Positions 1-17,557 of a stretch of DNA of 64,000 nt are shown here, in pieces. The translations under genes were made by a program, and so were the position numbers. The stretch covers positions 2,108,001-2,172,000 of the forward strand of contig MCFH01000001.1 of the NCBI GenBank assembly GCA_002104945.1, in the 5' to 3' direction. How positions within the stretch are numbered: the stretch's first letter is position 1; each line of letters opens with the position of its first letter. The notes below the pieces were generated by a model. The model saw nothing but the letters and a program-made list of their open reading frames with translations. It was not told the origin of the DNA and did not search any database. Source of the stretch: Piromyces finnis finn (taxonomy: Eukaryota > Fungi > Neocallimastigomycota).

Positions 1-111
1 ACTAAAAACAGTAAAATATTTGATATATATAATATAGATTTTAATAATAATAATAATAATGAGATATAATATAATTAATGATTTTCATTCTTTAAATATA
101 TTAATTAATAG

Positions 112-3100
112 AAAAAAAGTAAAGAAAAAAATGAATTAGATGTTTGCGATATAAAAAAAGAACTATTTAAATTATTATTTATAAATTTCGGAATAGAGAA
201 AGTAAATTGTCTTTTTTTAATGCTATGTAGTACATTAGTATTTAATGAGTCCGTTTCAAGTCTATCATCTCCAATACTGAGTATAATAAAATATGTCGAT
301 GAACAAAAACATTTTATATCAGAGGAAAACTTCATTATTATGCTATTAATGAATAAAGTAGCTCATTTTGGTAGGTCTTAGAATTTAAAAATTTATTATA
401 ATATTTTTACAATATAATTATTATATTATTAATAATTATTAATAATGCCCATATAATTTTTTTTATATATATATATAATTAGAAAATAAAAGAAAAAATA
501 TTACTGATTTGCTGAGAGACAATAGGTAATAATTAAGATTTTTAGCAATTAATATTATTAGAATAATGATTTAATTATATATATGTATTTAATCATTAGT
601 ATCCCAATTATGCTTCTTAATAATTATACAAAAGAAAAAGGACAATCATATCTTGTAGAAACCTTAGGAGGACCAATGGAAAAAATATTACCAATGATTT
701 TTAAATGTGAAATAGATCCACAAAAAATTGAAAGTCAAGTTATAGAAGACATGAAAAAAAAAAACGAAGAATTAATAAATGAATCTGATCAATATAAAAA
801 TATAGATGTAGATGATAATGAAAATGAAATGAACAACAAAATAAGTGAAGAAGAAATAATAGATAAAGAAGAAGTGAAAAAACAAGTAGATTCTATTTTA
901 AAAGAAAATACACAAAATATTCAAAAATCATGTACATTATTATTAAAGGCTATTACAACATCAAAGAAAATTATGCCTAGTGGGTTTAAATCAATATGTC
1001 AATCATTAGCATATGTAATTCAAAAAATATACGAAGAAGATAATTTTTTTTTTTCACCAGATGTTTTAAATATATTTGATGAAGAAATTTATGTGGATAA
1101 TAATATAGACGATAATAGTAGTACAGGAAGCGAATTTTTAAAATCAAATGCCTCGTCTGATGAAGAAAGTAGTTTTAATGAGGAAAATATCAAGAGAAAA
1201 AGGAATAGCATTAAAAATGGAAATACAAAAAAAAGTGTAGGTAATTTATGTATTAACACAAAAATTTTAAAGCATTCTTATCAAAACTGTAATGATAATT
1301 GTAATTACAGTAATAAAACGTCAGATTCAATGGAATTAATTAATTTATGCCCACCTAGAACAGCAACTTCAGAATATTCCATTAAAATAAAATTACCAAC
1401 ACATATGCATGATTCATTTGAATCTTATGATGATTTATCATCTGATTTCTCATCATCTGAAAGTGAAAGTTCATCATCTACTATTTCATGTTCTAGTATC
1501 AAACTTTTTATTCCATCATATGAAGAAAAAAGTGCTGGAAATTATCTTATTCATGATAATGATATAAACTCTGAGATATTTGAAAATGGCTCTGATACTA
1601 AAGAAGAATCTTATCATGCAAATGAGGAATCATCAATTCAAAGTTTGATTATTGGGACATTATTGTTCTTAAGATTTTTTATTCCAGGTAGAATATATAC
1701 TAATATTAATATGCTTAAGTTTTTAATATATAATAATTTTTATTTATTTATATGCAAAATGATTTATAGCTATAACTTCTCCTGATTTATATAGTATTGT
1801 ACCAAATAAATTATCAATGGATTATAGAAGAGGATTAATTTTATGTGGTAAAGTATTAACAGCAATGTGCAATGATGTTGAATTTGGTGGAAAAGAACAA
1901 TATATGACTTGTTTTAATAATTTTTTACATGAAAAAAAATTTGATCTACAAGAATTTATATCTTGGACAATCTTACCAGATAAAAATGATGTATGAATAT
2001 ATACTTATTGTAATTTATATATTTAAATAATAGTTTGCCTAAACTATATATTTATTTAAAATATAGAAAGATGAAATAACAAAGGAAAGTATTCCTCAAA
2101 ATTGTTTACAACTAAAAAATGAAACAACGAAATCAATTTTCAATAGTACAAATTTATTTATAGGTATAAACTAATTAATAGATAAATGGAATAAAATCAG
2201 TATTATTATATTTAATAATTATTATAAATTTTACATATACTTATAATATGTAGAAAGAGAAAAGGATTATATAAAAAGCTTAAACATTTCAAGATTAACT
2301 CTAAATTCACCAGGAAATGAACTAGAAAGAAGTACTCAAGTACTAATATCACCAATTGCTGAACCAAATAGTAGTGGAATTAAAAATGGAAATAAGAACG
2401 TTAATCCAACGGCATATGACGACGAAAAAAATAATCATAAAGATATTAATAATAGTTCATTTGCTCTTCTAAACGATTCATATGAAATAATAACATCAAA
2501 ATTTACAAATAATAGAAGACAGTCTTATGATAGTGTACAAAGTGTAAATAATTCGATATATTCTATCTCACCATCATTGAAAATAAAGACAAAATTTGGA
2601 TATGAGTCTAATATATATCATTCACCATTGAATAATAATAATAGTAATAATGTTTTTTCACCTGTATCACATAAGTCATATATTTCATTAAATAATGGAG
2701 GTGTATACAACTCACTTCTATATGGGGATCGTGAATTAGAACATGAACATGAAATTGAAGGATATGTTTCTCCAATAAACAAAGAATATTTATATACTTT
2801 TTCACCTAGAGTTACTAAAGAAAATAATGATGCAGCATCTATTACATCAAGAATGTCTAGATTAACTTATCAAAATCAAACAGTATATACACCAACAAAT
2901 TTTTCGTTATCCGATAATTGTCCATATACTTATTCAAATGAGTTAAAAGGGTTAGATGATATTATTGACTTTGTAGCAAAGAAATTTTTAAGGGTTGACG
3001 AAGAAATGCATTTCTTTATATCAAATTCAAAAACATTTAAAGAAAAACAAGTTAATAAACATTTTTAATTATATATATAATAAATAATTATTTAATAATT

Positions 3101-3407
3101 TATAAAAAAAATACTAATTTTTTTTTTACTAATTCATAAAAATAATAAAATAATACTATTATATTTAGCTTGCTGATGAAATATATAGTAAATTTGTAGA
3201 AACAATACATCTTTTGACAAATGAAAATATGAACAAAGATTCTAAAAGTTGGATAAGAAAATTTTTTGGGTAAATATACAATATTTTCATGTAAAAAAAA
3301 TATAACTATAAAAAAAATATTATTTTTAATAAAATATTTATATATATATTTATAACAGGAAAAAAAGTAAGAAAAAGGATAATAAAAAAGATGATGAAAA
3401 TTCTTGA
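112..3407 (+). CDS. RasGAP-domain GTPase-activating protein, multi-exon, 5'-partial (upstream exons lie before the window)
   Basis: Exons approx. 112-370, 483-524, 600-1688, 1770-1990, 2067-2163, 2253-3050, 3169-3269, 3359-3407 join in frame at GT-AG sites. Spliced product has RasGAP hallmarks: LLRDNS (arginine-finger region), 'KGQSYLVETLGG', 'GTLLFLRFFIPAITSPD', 'RRGLILCGKVLTAMCNDVEFGGKEQYMTCFNNFL'. Confidence 0.85.
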
Positions 3408-3769
3408 AAATAAAAAATTTTTTTGTAAATTTATTATTTTTTATTATAGGATTATTTATTATATTAATAATAAATATGAAATTAACAAAACTATAAACAA
3501 TTTATATAATGCTTTTTATTAATTATTAATTTTTTTTAAAGAAAAAATATATATATGTAATTTTAAAAATATAAAATTATTTATATCATTTTCTTTAATT
3601 TAATTAATTAATCTTATGTAAAACGAGATAATATGAAGCCTTTTTTTTTTTTTTTTTTTTTTTTTAATTCATAGAACTATTACTTTTTTTATCTAATTAT
3701 TATTAAAAAAAATCAAATACAATTAAGTTTAGGTATATAAAATCAAAAATTTATTTATAAATCAATAAA

Positions 3770-6700
3770 TTAATCTGGTAATAAAGAAACTACATCGTCA
3801 TCAAAATCTAATTCCTCAGATTTATTCTATATATATATATGCATATATATAATATTAAATTTTAAAATTTAAATAATCCATATTAATATAATGAACGAAT
3901 TTAATTAACTTATATATTATATTTTACCTGAGAATTGAGTTTGTATGCTTTTTGTGTTAAAGATTCTATAATAATTGTTATTTTTATTCAAGTTATTAAA
4001 TAGTAAATAATATATTTTAATAAACGCTTTATTTATGTGTTATAGTAAATTATTTGTGTTTTAATATGTTTTACCTGTACTATTTTCAACGTTATTTGAT
4101 ATAGATTCATTCATTTTACTGCTTGATTTATTGATTGAACTAGTTATTTCACCCAAATTACTACTAACATTACTAATATTACTATTATTATTTGATATTG
4201 CTTTTAGTTTAGATAATTTATTTACATATTCTTGTACTTCCTTCATTCCTAAATCTGTACTTATTCTTACTAAAAATCTTAAACCTAAAATTTTTAATTA
4301 AAATTTTTGATTAACAAACATATCTCAATGAATTATACTCTTAATTTTAATAATTTACATACATTCAACATTTTCAGGGAATTGTTCATGTATTTTTTTG
4401 TATTTTTCATATGCATGTTGGTAATTACCACTTCTTCTATAGCAACTAGCAATCATTAATTGCCATTTAATTTCTTTAGGTTGAATGGTAGAGGCACATT
4501 CAAAGTATAAAATAGCTTGTTCATATACTTGACAGTCAACATAATATGCACCAAGCCAAGCAATAACTGATATAATACATGGGAAATATCTATATGACTA
4601 TTATTAAAAAAAATTTAATTATTATAAGCATTTCATTTTATCTAATTATTTATTTAGATATTAAATATTAAATAAATATAATACTTCTGAATAATGCTGG
4701 AATGCTTGTGTTTTATCACCCTTTTTCATTGCTAATGAACCAAATTTAGCTAAAACGCCTGGATCTGTAGGTATTACCGATATTAAAATATTGTACCATT
4801 CTATAGCTTGTTGTAAATTATTTAATCTTTCATAACTATTTAAAAAATAATTAATATATTTTTATTGTATTTTAATAAAGTATATATATTTTTTAATTAC
4901 CAATCAGCAATTTGGAATATGACTTCTGAATTATTTCGAAGAATAGCATGTAGCTTTTCGTACCATTGTAATGATTCTTTTATATTATTCATTTTTTTAC
5001 AAATTAAACCTGTATTATAAATGGCTTCGGCACATACAGCATCGACGTTAATAGCTTCTTGATAGTACTCTTTCGCTTTTTCATATTCACCTTTTTGAGC
5101 AAGACAGTTACCTTTATTTGTCAATGCTTTAGCATTATATCTGTCATTATTAATTGCAATATCAGCATATTTTTCAGCTTGTTTATAATCTCCTTCTAAG
5201 AAATATAAGAAAGATAAATTAGTAGCAGCTGTACCAATCATAACTTTATCTTTATTTTCAAATGATTTTAATGTTTCAATAGCCTAATACATGTAATTAA
5301 ATAATAAATAATATTAACAGTTTAACACATTTAGGTTATTATTATTTAATTTTTTAAAAAAATTTTTTTTATAAAATACATCAATATTAAACAATGAATA
5401 ATATTCTTACCAAATCAAATTTCTTTGATTTTAAGTATTGAATAGCTTTAGATATTTCTAATTCATTTGCAATTTCAGAGTTTGGTGAACTCTTAATTGT
5501 TTCTACAACCCAATCATAACCAAGTGAAAATGATTCTTCTATTACTGGTGCAATTAATTTTGCAGCAAGATTTATATATTTATGTGCTATTTGTTTTCTA
5601 AATTATTTGTATATTAATTTTTTTATTAATATATATTACAATAATTATATTATATAATATCATTTAATATTAAAATTGTACTTTTCTCGAGCTAAAGCTC
5701 TTAAATTATCTTCATTAAATACTTCATGATCTTCAATTGATTCATCTTTTGATAATGAACCTAATTCATCATTTTGTTCAATACAATTAGGCTGAATAAA
5801 TACTAATTGTTGGAATCCTTTTTTCATTTTTTCTCCATTACCAAGTGCAAAGTAACATAATACAAGGTTAAATCCTATTATAAACATTTAAAAATAAAAT
5901 TAATATTTCAATTAAACTTTAAGATGTTTTTTTAAATATTTTTATGATATTCATACCTGTTTGAAAATCTGGAATAGTTTCCATTACAGTTTCATATGAT
6001 GTTATTGCGTCTTGAAATTGGGCCATTTTAACGCATGCATTTCCAATATTTCTCATTATTCTTAATCTATTATTTATTGTTTATTAAAAATCGCATAATA
6101 ATTAATAATAAATATTGTATATAAAAAGAATAAATAATAAAGTAATAATAAATATACCTTATTTCTTTATTAGCATTTGATATTTGATCTAATGCCATTC
6201 TATACATTTTAACTGCTTGTGGATATTTCTTTTGTTCAAAATATATATTTCCCATATTTACACGAAGTCTTCCTGCTTGATTAAACATTTTATTCTTAAC
6301 TATTATTGTGTATGTATTTAAAGCTTCATGATACATTTTATTAGCATGATAACAATTTGCTAACGTAAAGAGAGCACAATATGTTAAATCTAAATTTAGT
6401 TGATCTCCAAAACCCATTTGTTCTCTTTGTTTAGCTAATAATCTTTCCTTCTTAGCAGCATCTTTTGCTTTTTCTAATGCAAGTTGAATATTTGGATTTG
6501 GACCTGATAAATATAATGTACTTTCTTCAACAATTTGATTTATTTTCTTTTCTAATGATTTAATTTGTTCTTCTGGTGTTGGTGATGGTGGTTTTTCATT
6601 TGAACTTGAGATATATCCTAATATATATAGTTATTATAATATAAAAAAATAGGATTATGTTTAAAAATAAAATTAAAATACAGTATAGTAGATAGTTAAT

Positions 6701-7150
6701 ACATTTTATTATAATAATAGTTTATTTTCATTCTTTTATTTTTTTTTCATTTATTTTATACATATTATTATACTTACCAGCTTGATTGAAAGGATCAAAT
6801 CCACCATGAGATGTTGATCCATTTACTTTTCCTTGACGTGAAAATCCTGCAGCACGAACAGAAGTCATTGGTCTTGCTGAATTAATACCTCCACCCATTG
6901 CAGTTGTAATTCTATTACGACTACTTGTTGATGGAATAATTGGATCCTGTCCAACATTTACACTAAGTCCAACTCCACCTACTCCATTAATACTTCCTCC
7001 AAGATTTTCAATTCCTGAATTTTTATAAGTTGATGTATAATTATTTGATCCTTTTGAATTAAAAAAATAAAGATCATCATCTACAGATGAATTATACATG
7101 TTATTCATACTTCCTTTACTTTCTGATAAAGGAATATTAGTTGATGACAT
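3770..7150 (-). CDS. IFT88: Intraflagellar transport protein 88 (TPR protein), multi-exon
   Basis: ORFs 6728-7150, 6070-6417, 5660-5887, 4897-5241 and 4061-4246 are exons. Motifs: 'ARPMTSVRAAGFS', 'LNLDLTYCALFTLANCYHANKMYHEALNTY..IVKNKMFNQAGRLRVNMGNIYFEQKKYPQAVKMYRMALDQI', 'ATNLSFLYFLEGDYKQAEKYADIA..DRYNAKALTNKGNC'. Last exon is read as NKSEELDFDDDVVSLLPD*, stop 3770-3772. Confidence 0.95.
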
Positions 7151-8727
7151 TTTTTTTATTAATATTATTTATTTACTATTAATGATGATTAAATTAATTC
7201 ATAAAATGTTATAATGTGTTTATTTATTGTATATTGACTCGAGCTATTTCAAGTTTTTTTTATATTGGGATGATATAAAAAAACCAAATAGAATATAAAC
7301 TTATAATATGATGTAAATATATATCATATAAATAATTATATATTTATTAACATTTACAATTTTTAAAAAGAATAATAAGAAAAAAAATATATAAATATTT
7401 ATTTTAATTTTCTTTATATTGTTTTTAATTCGCTTTACTTTTTTTTTTTTCTGATGAAAAAAAATTTTTAAATATTTAAAGTTTAAATACTTCTATAACG
7501 ATTAAAGTTTTTTTTTTTTGTTTTGATTTTTTAATTTGACTTCATTGTTATTTAGAATAAAAAAAAAATAAAAAATAAAAAAAACTTAAATTATTTATTA
7601 AAAGCTATATTATTTTGTTATTTTATGATTAACTTTGTTTTTTATTTTTTTATCACTTATTTATTATAATTTAATATTATAAATTTAAAACATTAAAATG
7701 AAATAAATAAAAAATCAAGTATAAAATATTATTTAATATTTTATAATAAACTATTTTAATAATTAAAATTAACATAATAATAAAAGATAAACAATATATA
7801 TAATTCAAATTTGAATCTTATTTGAGTTAATTGCTTCTATATTCATATTTATGAATAATATAAAAATATAATTCTTAACTCATACTGCACAGTTTATTAA
7901 ATGATTCATTATATGTACTCTTTATATATTCTAATTTCTATTAATGTATTAATGTTCATTTCTATCTATAATATTTTTTATATTAATATGAAAGATAAAT
8001 AAAAAAATATTTATTATTTCAACTCAAAAACATGAAAACTTTTATTTATTAAATAATTGGTTTAAAATGAATATTTTATTTTCATTTATATAAAAGTTAC
8101 TATGTTATGTAAACTTTTTTTTAAGCATATATTAAAAATTAAATAACGTCAAAAATTGAATTAACATATTATAAATGAGTTTAGAATTAACTAAAGTTAT
8201 AGTAATATATTATAAACTATTATAAAGCAGTATATATATATATATTTAACATTCTCTAAATAAAAATTTTAATGCTATTTCTCAATTAAATACTTTTTAT
8301 TTAATGTCTATACCTCCAATGTCCACAGATTTATATATCTAGGTAGGTAGAGAGGTAGAGAGATTAAAGTTATATTAATGAATTTTCAAAATTTCTGTAT
8401 AATAAATTATGTGTAGAATACATAAATATGTATATTTATAATTTAATACTACCAATATATTAACAATATATTAATATATATTATTAATTGTACATATTGA
8501 TTCGGTAATAAGAAAAATATATTTTAAATATTATTGATTGTTTTATCCTAAATGTTAAAAAGTTGAATTTATAAAAATATTATATATATAATATTATATC
8601 TATAATTTTTTTTTCCAAAATATATAAAAAATATAAATATTTCTTTTTAAGAAAACAGTAGTGGTAACAATAATAATAATATTAGAAAAATATATATATA
8701 TATATATATAATATAGAAAAAGTAACA

Positions 8728-9471
8728 ATGGAAAGAGTTTCTGAAAGTGAAATGGTATTTTTAAATTTAAAAAAAAATATGGAATATATTAATTAATAAT
8801 TTCATTTTAACATTATTAAATAATCTAATATAATTTTATGAATAGCAAAGAAGAAGAGAAATATGGATAAATACTCCAATGGAAAAATTAATAAATGCTG
8901 ATGATTTATTATCTGATAATTGTATATATTTTAATAAATATGTTTTAACCAAAAAAAGTAGTTTATTTCATTAATAAAATAAATTTTTAATTTTTAAAAA
9001 TATAATTAGTTGTATATAATAAGCCTTCAAGAAAACATAATGATATAACTATCCGTGAAACAATTAATAAAGATGTAGCAACTGTAAGTGTATATTAGCT
9101 TTTTTAAAATTTTTATTTAATTTACATAAAATAAACTTTTAATAATTTTATCATGAAAATATATTATTTATTTTATTTTAATAGTCTAGTAAGAGAAAAA
9201 GAGTTAAAATAAACTAATATTTTTAAATAGTAAAATAAAATAAAAAAATAATAATTGGTAGCTATTTCGTTATATATTTTATGATATAAAATCTTTAAAA
9301 TATTGGAAGCAAAATTATACTAACACTATTATTATTATTATTATTATTATATAACAAAAGAAGGATTCGATAAAAGATATTTTAACATCTGAAATTATAA
9401 ATTCAATTCAAACCATTACTATTCAAAATCAAAGAGTGGTATTAGATTTAGATGATGACCTTTCATTTTAA
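8728..9471 (+). CDS. Hypothetical ~95-101 aa protein (4-5 exons), no recognised family
   Basis: Exons 8728-8754, 8846-8921, 9010-9083, optional 9185-9202, and 9361-9471 join in frame with GT-AG junctions: MERVSESEMQRRREIWINTPMEKLINADDLLSDNFVYNKPSRKHNDITIRETINKDVAT(SSKRKR)KDSIKDILTSEIINSIQTITIQNQRVVLDLDDDLSF*. The exons are less AT-rich than their flanks. Absent from the ORF track because all exons are short. Confidence 0.5.
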
Positions 9472-10682
9472 AATTTTAAAAAATATATATAATTTTCAAA
9501 TAAATATATATGTATTTACTTAATTAAAATGAGAAATGCAAATTTTGAGTAAAAAATATATCAAAAAGAATTAAATCAAAATTTTAAAATATAATATCAA
9601 GTAATATTAATAATACATAAATTATTATATATGTATAATAAAAATTTATAATTACATAGATTTTAATTAATTTAGTAATTTCACTTAATAAACACCATTG
9701 TTATTATTATGTATATAACAACAAAATTAATATTAAATTATTACTATAATATATTATTTAAATAACTTCCGGATTCCATAAAAATGTCATATATTATATA
9801 TATAAAACAATAAATAATTTCATAAATTCATGTTAATATAAGAAGATATAATAAAAATATATTTAATATCTTTTTTAAATAATTATAAGCAATATTTTCG
9901 TTTTTAATATATATAAATATAAATTACCAATTTAAAATGTTTATATTATTTTTATATAAATAATTGATTCTTAATATTTCTTATTCATTATTTAAGAATA
10001 GTTATAATGTTATTAAAAGCTTTTCAACTACCTATGAAATATTCATATATATATATATTTAAAATCTTTGGGAGATAATACTTATAATTATTTATATATT
10101 ATAATAATTATTGAATTGTCATTTTTAATATTAAAATCGAAAGTATATAATTATAATATCAAAAGTAAAGTAAAATAAAATAATAAAAATTAAAAAATAT
10201 ACAATATTAATAAAATGTATAGATTGACATATAACCAATATTGCTTTAGGATAAATGAAATATATTTCTAAATGACTATGGAATAATTTCTAATACCTAC
10301 ATATATATTTTATTTTATTTTAATATACTTTTATTATTATTATAATATTTGGTTTTTGAATTTAAATTATAGGTTAAAAAAAAAAAATACCTATATATAT
10401 CATATATTTATTATTATTTTTATTTATCTTTTTATTTTTATTTTTAATTTTTTATTTTTTTTATTTTTATTTATTTAATTATTTTTTTCTTTTTTAAAAA
10501 ATTATGGTTATTTAATTTTTATTAATAATTGTTATGATTTTTTATTTATATTAAATTATTTTTGATTTATTGAAAAAATTGGCATATTCGCTTTCTTTTT
10601 TTTTCTTCTTCTTCTTAAAAAAAGAAAATAAGCTTTACATTAAAATGAATCATGATAATTGCAGTATAAAATTATTATTTAT

Positions 10683-12766
<2,084 letters not shown>

Positions 12767-13794
12767 TTTATAATAATATATATATTTCTGTTATTACATA
12801 TAAAATAATAAAAAAAGTTTGAAAACGGGAGTTGTTATTACAAAATCAAATTTATTTTCATTATTTATTCAATATTAATGAAATTAAAGGTTATATAAAT
12901 TGAAATATTTCATATCAAATATTTAAGTTAATACTTGATACTTTAATATTTTCAATTTTTATTTAAAAAAAAAATAATAAATATATTTTTATATTATTTA
13001 CCTTTTTATATTAAACTTTTTTATCTTCTTTTAAATTCAAAATTTCTTTTTAATTATTTTATTTATTAATTTACTTTTGTTTTAAAGTAAAAAAATAAAA
13101 ATATTAAAAAAAATTTAATAAAAAAATAAAGACAAAACAAAATTTTGAATGTAATTTTAAATAAATTTTATTTTAATTATTAATTAATTTTTTACAGTAA
13201 TTAATATAAAAAAGTTTCTAAATATTTAAAATCTTTATAAATAAAATATTTTATTATAAAATTAATTAAAATAATTAAGATATAAATAATAATTATTTAT
13301 ATATATTTTTATACATACTTTAAAATTCTATGTAATCATAAAAATATCATATGAATATCACGATTTTGTTAATACATTAAATAAAGATTAATGTACATTT
13401 AAATGATCTATGTAATATTATTGGTAAATATATACTATATAAATATGATTGGTTTATTTCTACTTTTATTAGTGAAATTTTAAAATTTTGTTTTTTTTAA
13501 ATAAGTATTTAATTTAAAAAAAAAAAAATATTAAAATTTTATATAATTTTAAACTAAAATTAAATATAAATTGAAGTTCAATATTTTTACTTACAAATTG
13601 AATTGACATTAATCAATTATAAGAAAGAATTAAACATTTTAAATAACTTTGTAACACCCAATTCATATTATTTGGGAATAAAATATTTTTAATAATTTGA
13701 TATTTCTTATACAAGTTTATATCAATTAAATAAAACAAATTTTGAAAATTATCTTTTTCTCAAAAATTAAAAAGAATTTTATAATTATATAAAA

Positions 13795-16700
13795 ATGAAG
13801 TTAGATTTCAAGGTAATTTATAGTAATAATACATAATAAAGTCTGTTTAAATTCAAAAATATTTTATATTAAATGGAGAAAATCAATAATCTATTAAATT
13901 CTATTATATTGGAAAATCTTGTCAAAACATCGAATTTCAAAATTTTTTCAGTTTTTTTTTATTTTTTTTATGAACATTGAAGTTTTCTATAAACAATTTA
14001 AAAAGCATTTTAAAAGTTCATTTTAAAAAAACAGTTGAAGAAATTATGAAATAAAAAATAATATTTTGAAATACTAATCAAATATATTCTTTCAATTATT
14101 ATTATAATAATTATTTAATATTAAAATATAATTTAAAGTTCTCGAATTTATGTGGTACAGTATATAAGCAAGGAAATTTGGTATTTACACCAGATGGTAA
14201 TTCAATTTTAAGTCCTGTTGGAAATAGAATATCAGTTTTTGATCTTGTCAAGTAATAAATCTAAATATTATATAAAAAATATATATTAATGATAATTTAA
14301 TTAATATTAAATAATATTTATCAAATATTATTATAATATAATTATTTATTATAGTAATAAATCAGTAACATTACCTTTTGAAAACCGTAAAAACATATCA
14401 AGAATTGCATTATCACCAAATGGAATTTTGTTGTTATCAATTGATGAAGGTTCTTAAATAATATTATTTAAATATAACAAAATTTTTAAAATCTTTAATA
14501 CTTTACTAAATAATACAATGTAAGACTAATTATTTTCTTATTGCATAATCAAAAATATAAAAGATGGTAGAGCAATACTTTGTAATTTTGTAAGAAGAAT
14601 TATTCTTCACCGTTTTAATTTTAAGAAGAAGGTATTAGATGTTAAGTTTAGTCCTGATGGTCAATATATTGCTGTAACACATGGAAACCAAGTCCAAGTT
14701 TGGAAAACTCCAACATATGAAAGAGAATTTGCACCATTTGAATTACATCGTGCTTACACAGGACATTATGATGATGTAATTTCAATAACATGGTCACCAG
14801 ACTCACAATATTTCCTTACAACATCAAAAGATATGACAGCAAAAATGTATTCTTTACATTCATTAGAGGATTTTGTACCAATTACTTTAAGCGGTCACCG
14901 TGATACCGTTATAGCTGCATTCTTTTCAAGTGATCAAGAAACAATATATACTGTTAGTAAGGATGGTGGTATGTTTATTTGGAAAGATCCAGATTCAGAA
15001 AAAATGAAAAATGATGATGATTTACCAGATGATATGCAACAAGCTTTAAAGAGAACACGTATGGAAATAGAAGCTAGTGATCGCAAACGTAAATATCGTC
15101 GTTGGTGGGTTACACAACGTGAATATTTTAATCAAGGAAAGGTACAATGTGCTACTTTCCATATTAAAAATAATTTATTGGTAGTTGGTTTTAATAGCGG
15201 TATTTTTGGTCTTTATGAACTTCCAGATTTCAATAATATTCATACACTTAGGTATAATGTTTATTTTAATTAACGTCGTTTATAAAATATTTGAAAATAT
15301 TATAATAAAATAAGTATTAATTACGTTATATATATATATTTTATTTTAAATTTAAAGTATATCTCAAAACAAAATAGATTTTGTTGCATTAAATAACACG
15401 GGTGAATGGATTGCATTTGGATCATCAAAATTAGGTCAACTTTTAATTTGGGAATGGCAATCAGAAACCTATGTTCTTAAGCAACAAGGTCATTATTATG
15501 ATACAAATACTCTTTCATATTCATCAGATGGTAAATATATTGCTACTGGTGGTGATGATGGTAAAGTAAAAATCTGGAGTACTGTAACTGGTTTCTGTTT
15601 TGTTACCTTTAATGAACATTCATCAGGTGTTAGTTCAGTTCAATTTGCTAAAAATGGACAAGTTGTTTTTTCTGCATCATTAGATGGTACTGTAAGAGCA
15701 TTTGATCTTATTCGTTATAGAAACTTCCGTACATTCACTTCACCAACACCAGTTCAATTTAATTGTTTAGCTGTTGATCCAAGTGGTGAAATAGTTTGTG
15801 CTGGTTCATTAGATACATTTGAAATATATATTTGGTCTGTTCAAACCGGTAAATTATTAGATATTTTAAGTGGTCATGAAGGTCCAGTTAGTTCATTAGC
15901 TTTTAATAATACTGGAAATATGTTAGTATCTGGATCATGGGATAAAACTGTACGTACATGGGATGTATTTGGAAGAGGTAGATTTACAGAAACATTTAAT
16001 CATAATTCTGATGTATTAGCAGTCGCTTATCGCCCAGATGGACAAGAAATTTGTGCTTCAACTTTAGATGGTCAAATTTCTTTCTGGAATCCTAATGATG
16101 GTAAAATGATGGGTACTATTGAAGGAAGAGATGACTTAGGTGCTGGTAGAAAAGCAACTGATCGTATGACTGCAAAAAATTCTGCTTACGGTAAAGCTTT
16201 TAACAGTTTATGTTACACTGCAGATGGTGAAAATATTCTTGCCGGTGGAAATTCAAAATATGTTTGTTTATATTCTACTGTTCAAAAAATCTTATTAACT
16301 CGTTTTGAACTTTCTAATAATCTTTCATATGATGGTATGTTAGAAATGTTAAACAGTAAAAATATGACTGAAGCTGGTCCAATGGATCTTATAGATGATG
16401 AATCTGAAGAAGAAAGTGATTTAGAAGATCGTTTAGATAAAAGTTTACCAGGTGCATCTAATATGGATAAGAAAGGTGATCCAAGTCTTAGAAGAACTCG
16501 TCCAACTTTCCGTACTAAGGATGTAAAATTCTCTCCAACTGGTCAAGCTTGGGCTACTGCTACAACCGAAGGTTTAATAATTTATTCATTAGATCAAGCT
16601 ATTCTTTTTGATCCATTTGATTTAGAAATTGATATTACTCCAGAAACTATTCAAGAAGCTTTAGAAAATGAAGAATACCTTAAAGCTTTAGTAATGTCTT

Positions 16701-17167
16701 TCCGTTTAGGTGATCATTCAATTTCCGTTAAAATTTATAACAGTATACCATCTCGTGATATTGAATTGATTAGTAAGAATTTCCCATTAAAATATTTGGA
16801 TAGAATGTTCCGTTTAGTAGTAACAATGTTAGAGCAATCAAAAAGTGTTCAATTTAGTATGATGTGGGTATGTGCTTTATTAAAATATCATGCAAAATAT
16901 ATGAAACAAAATTCAAATGAATATATGACTATTTTCAGAGGTGTATATAAATCCATGGCAAAACATTATGAAGATTTAGGACAAGTGTAAGTATTTTAAA
17001 TAAGTATATAACTATAGTTGTTTAGTAAATATTAACTTTATATCATTATTTAATATAGATGTAACTCCAATACTTATAAGATGAAATATTTAATGAAAAA
17101 AGGCCAACAAAAAATGGCAAAGAAGCAAACATCTGATTCAATGGACATAGAAAATATCGAATTTTAA
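13795..17167 (+). CDS. PWP2: Periodic tryptophan protein 2 (WD40, small-subunit processome, UTP1), 6 exons
   Basis: MKLDFK|FSNLCGTVYKQGNLVFTPDGNSILSPVGNRISVFDL; 'LGQLLIWEWQSETYVLKQQGHYYD', 'ATGGDDGKVKIW', 'GTVRAFDLIRYRNFRTFTSP', and a C-terminal Utp12-like region. Exons approx. 13795-13812, 14140-14251, 14355-14449, 14564-15251, 15358-16986, 17059-17167. Confidence 0.96.
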
Positions 17168-17557
17168 ATTTAAAGAATACATATTTTAATATTAATTGTT
17201 TACAAATCTTAAAAGTTTAAAAAAAAAAAAAGTCAATAGATGAAGAATAGAATTTTTTTTTTTTTTTAATTATTATTATTATTATTTATTTATATATTTA
17301 ATTATATATTCTTTTTTTTTTTTTTTACTTTTCTGCTAAACTCAATTTATTAATAAATTATCATAAATAAATTACTTTTTTTAAAAAAAAAAATCAAGTG
17401 TTACACAAAAAAAATATTTATTATATAAATATATAAATATAATTGAATTATTAATCTTAAAAATTTATTTATATAAAATGAAAAAAAAAAAAATCTAATT
17501 TTAATTACTATAGGATAGATATTTTTTGTTTTGTTATTTAGTAATATTTATTTATTT

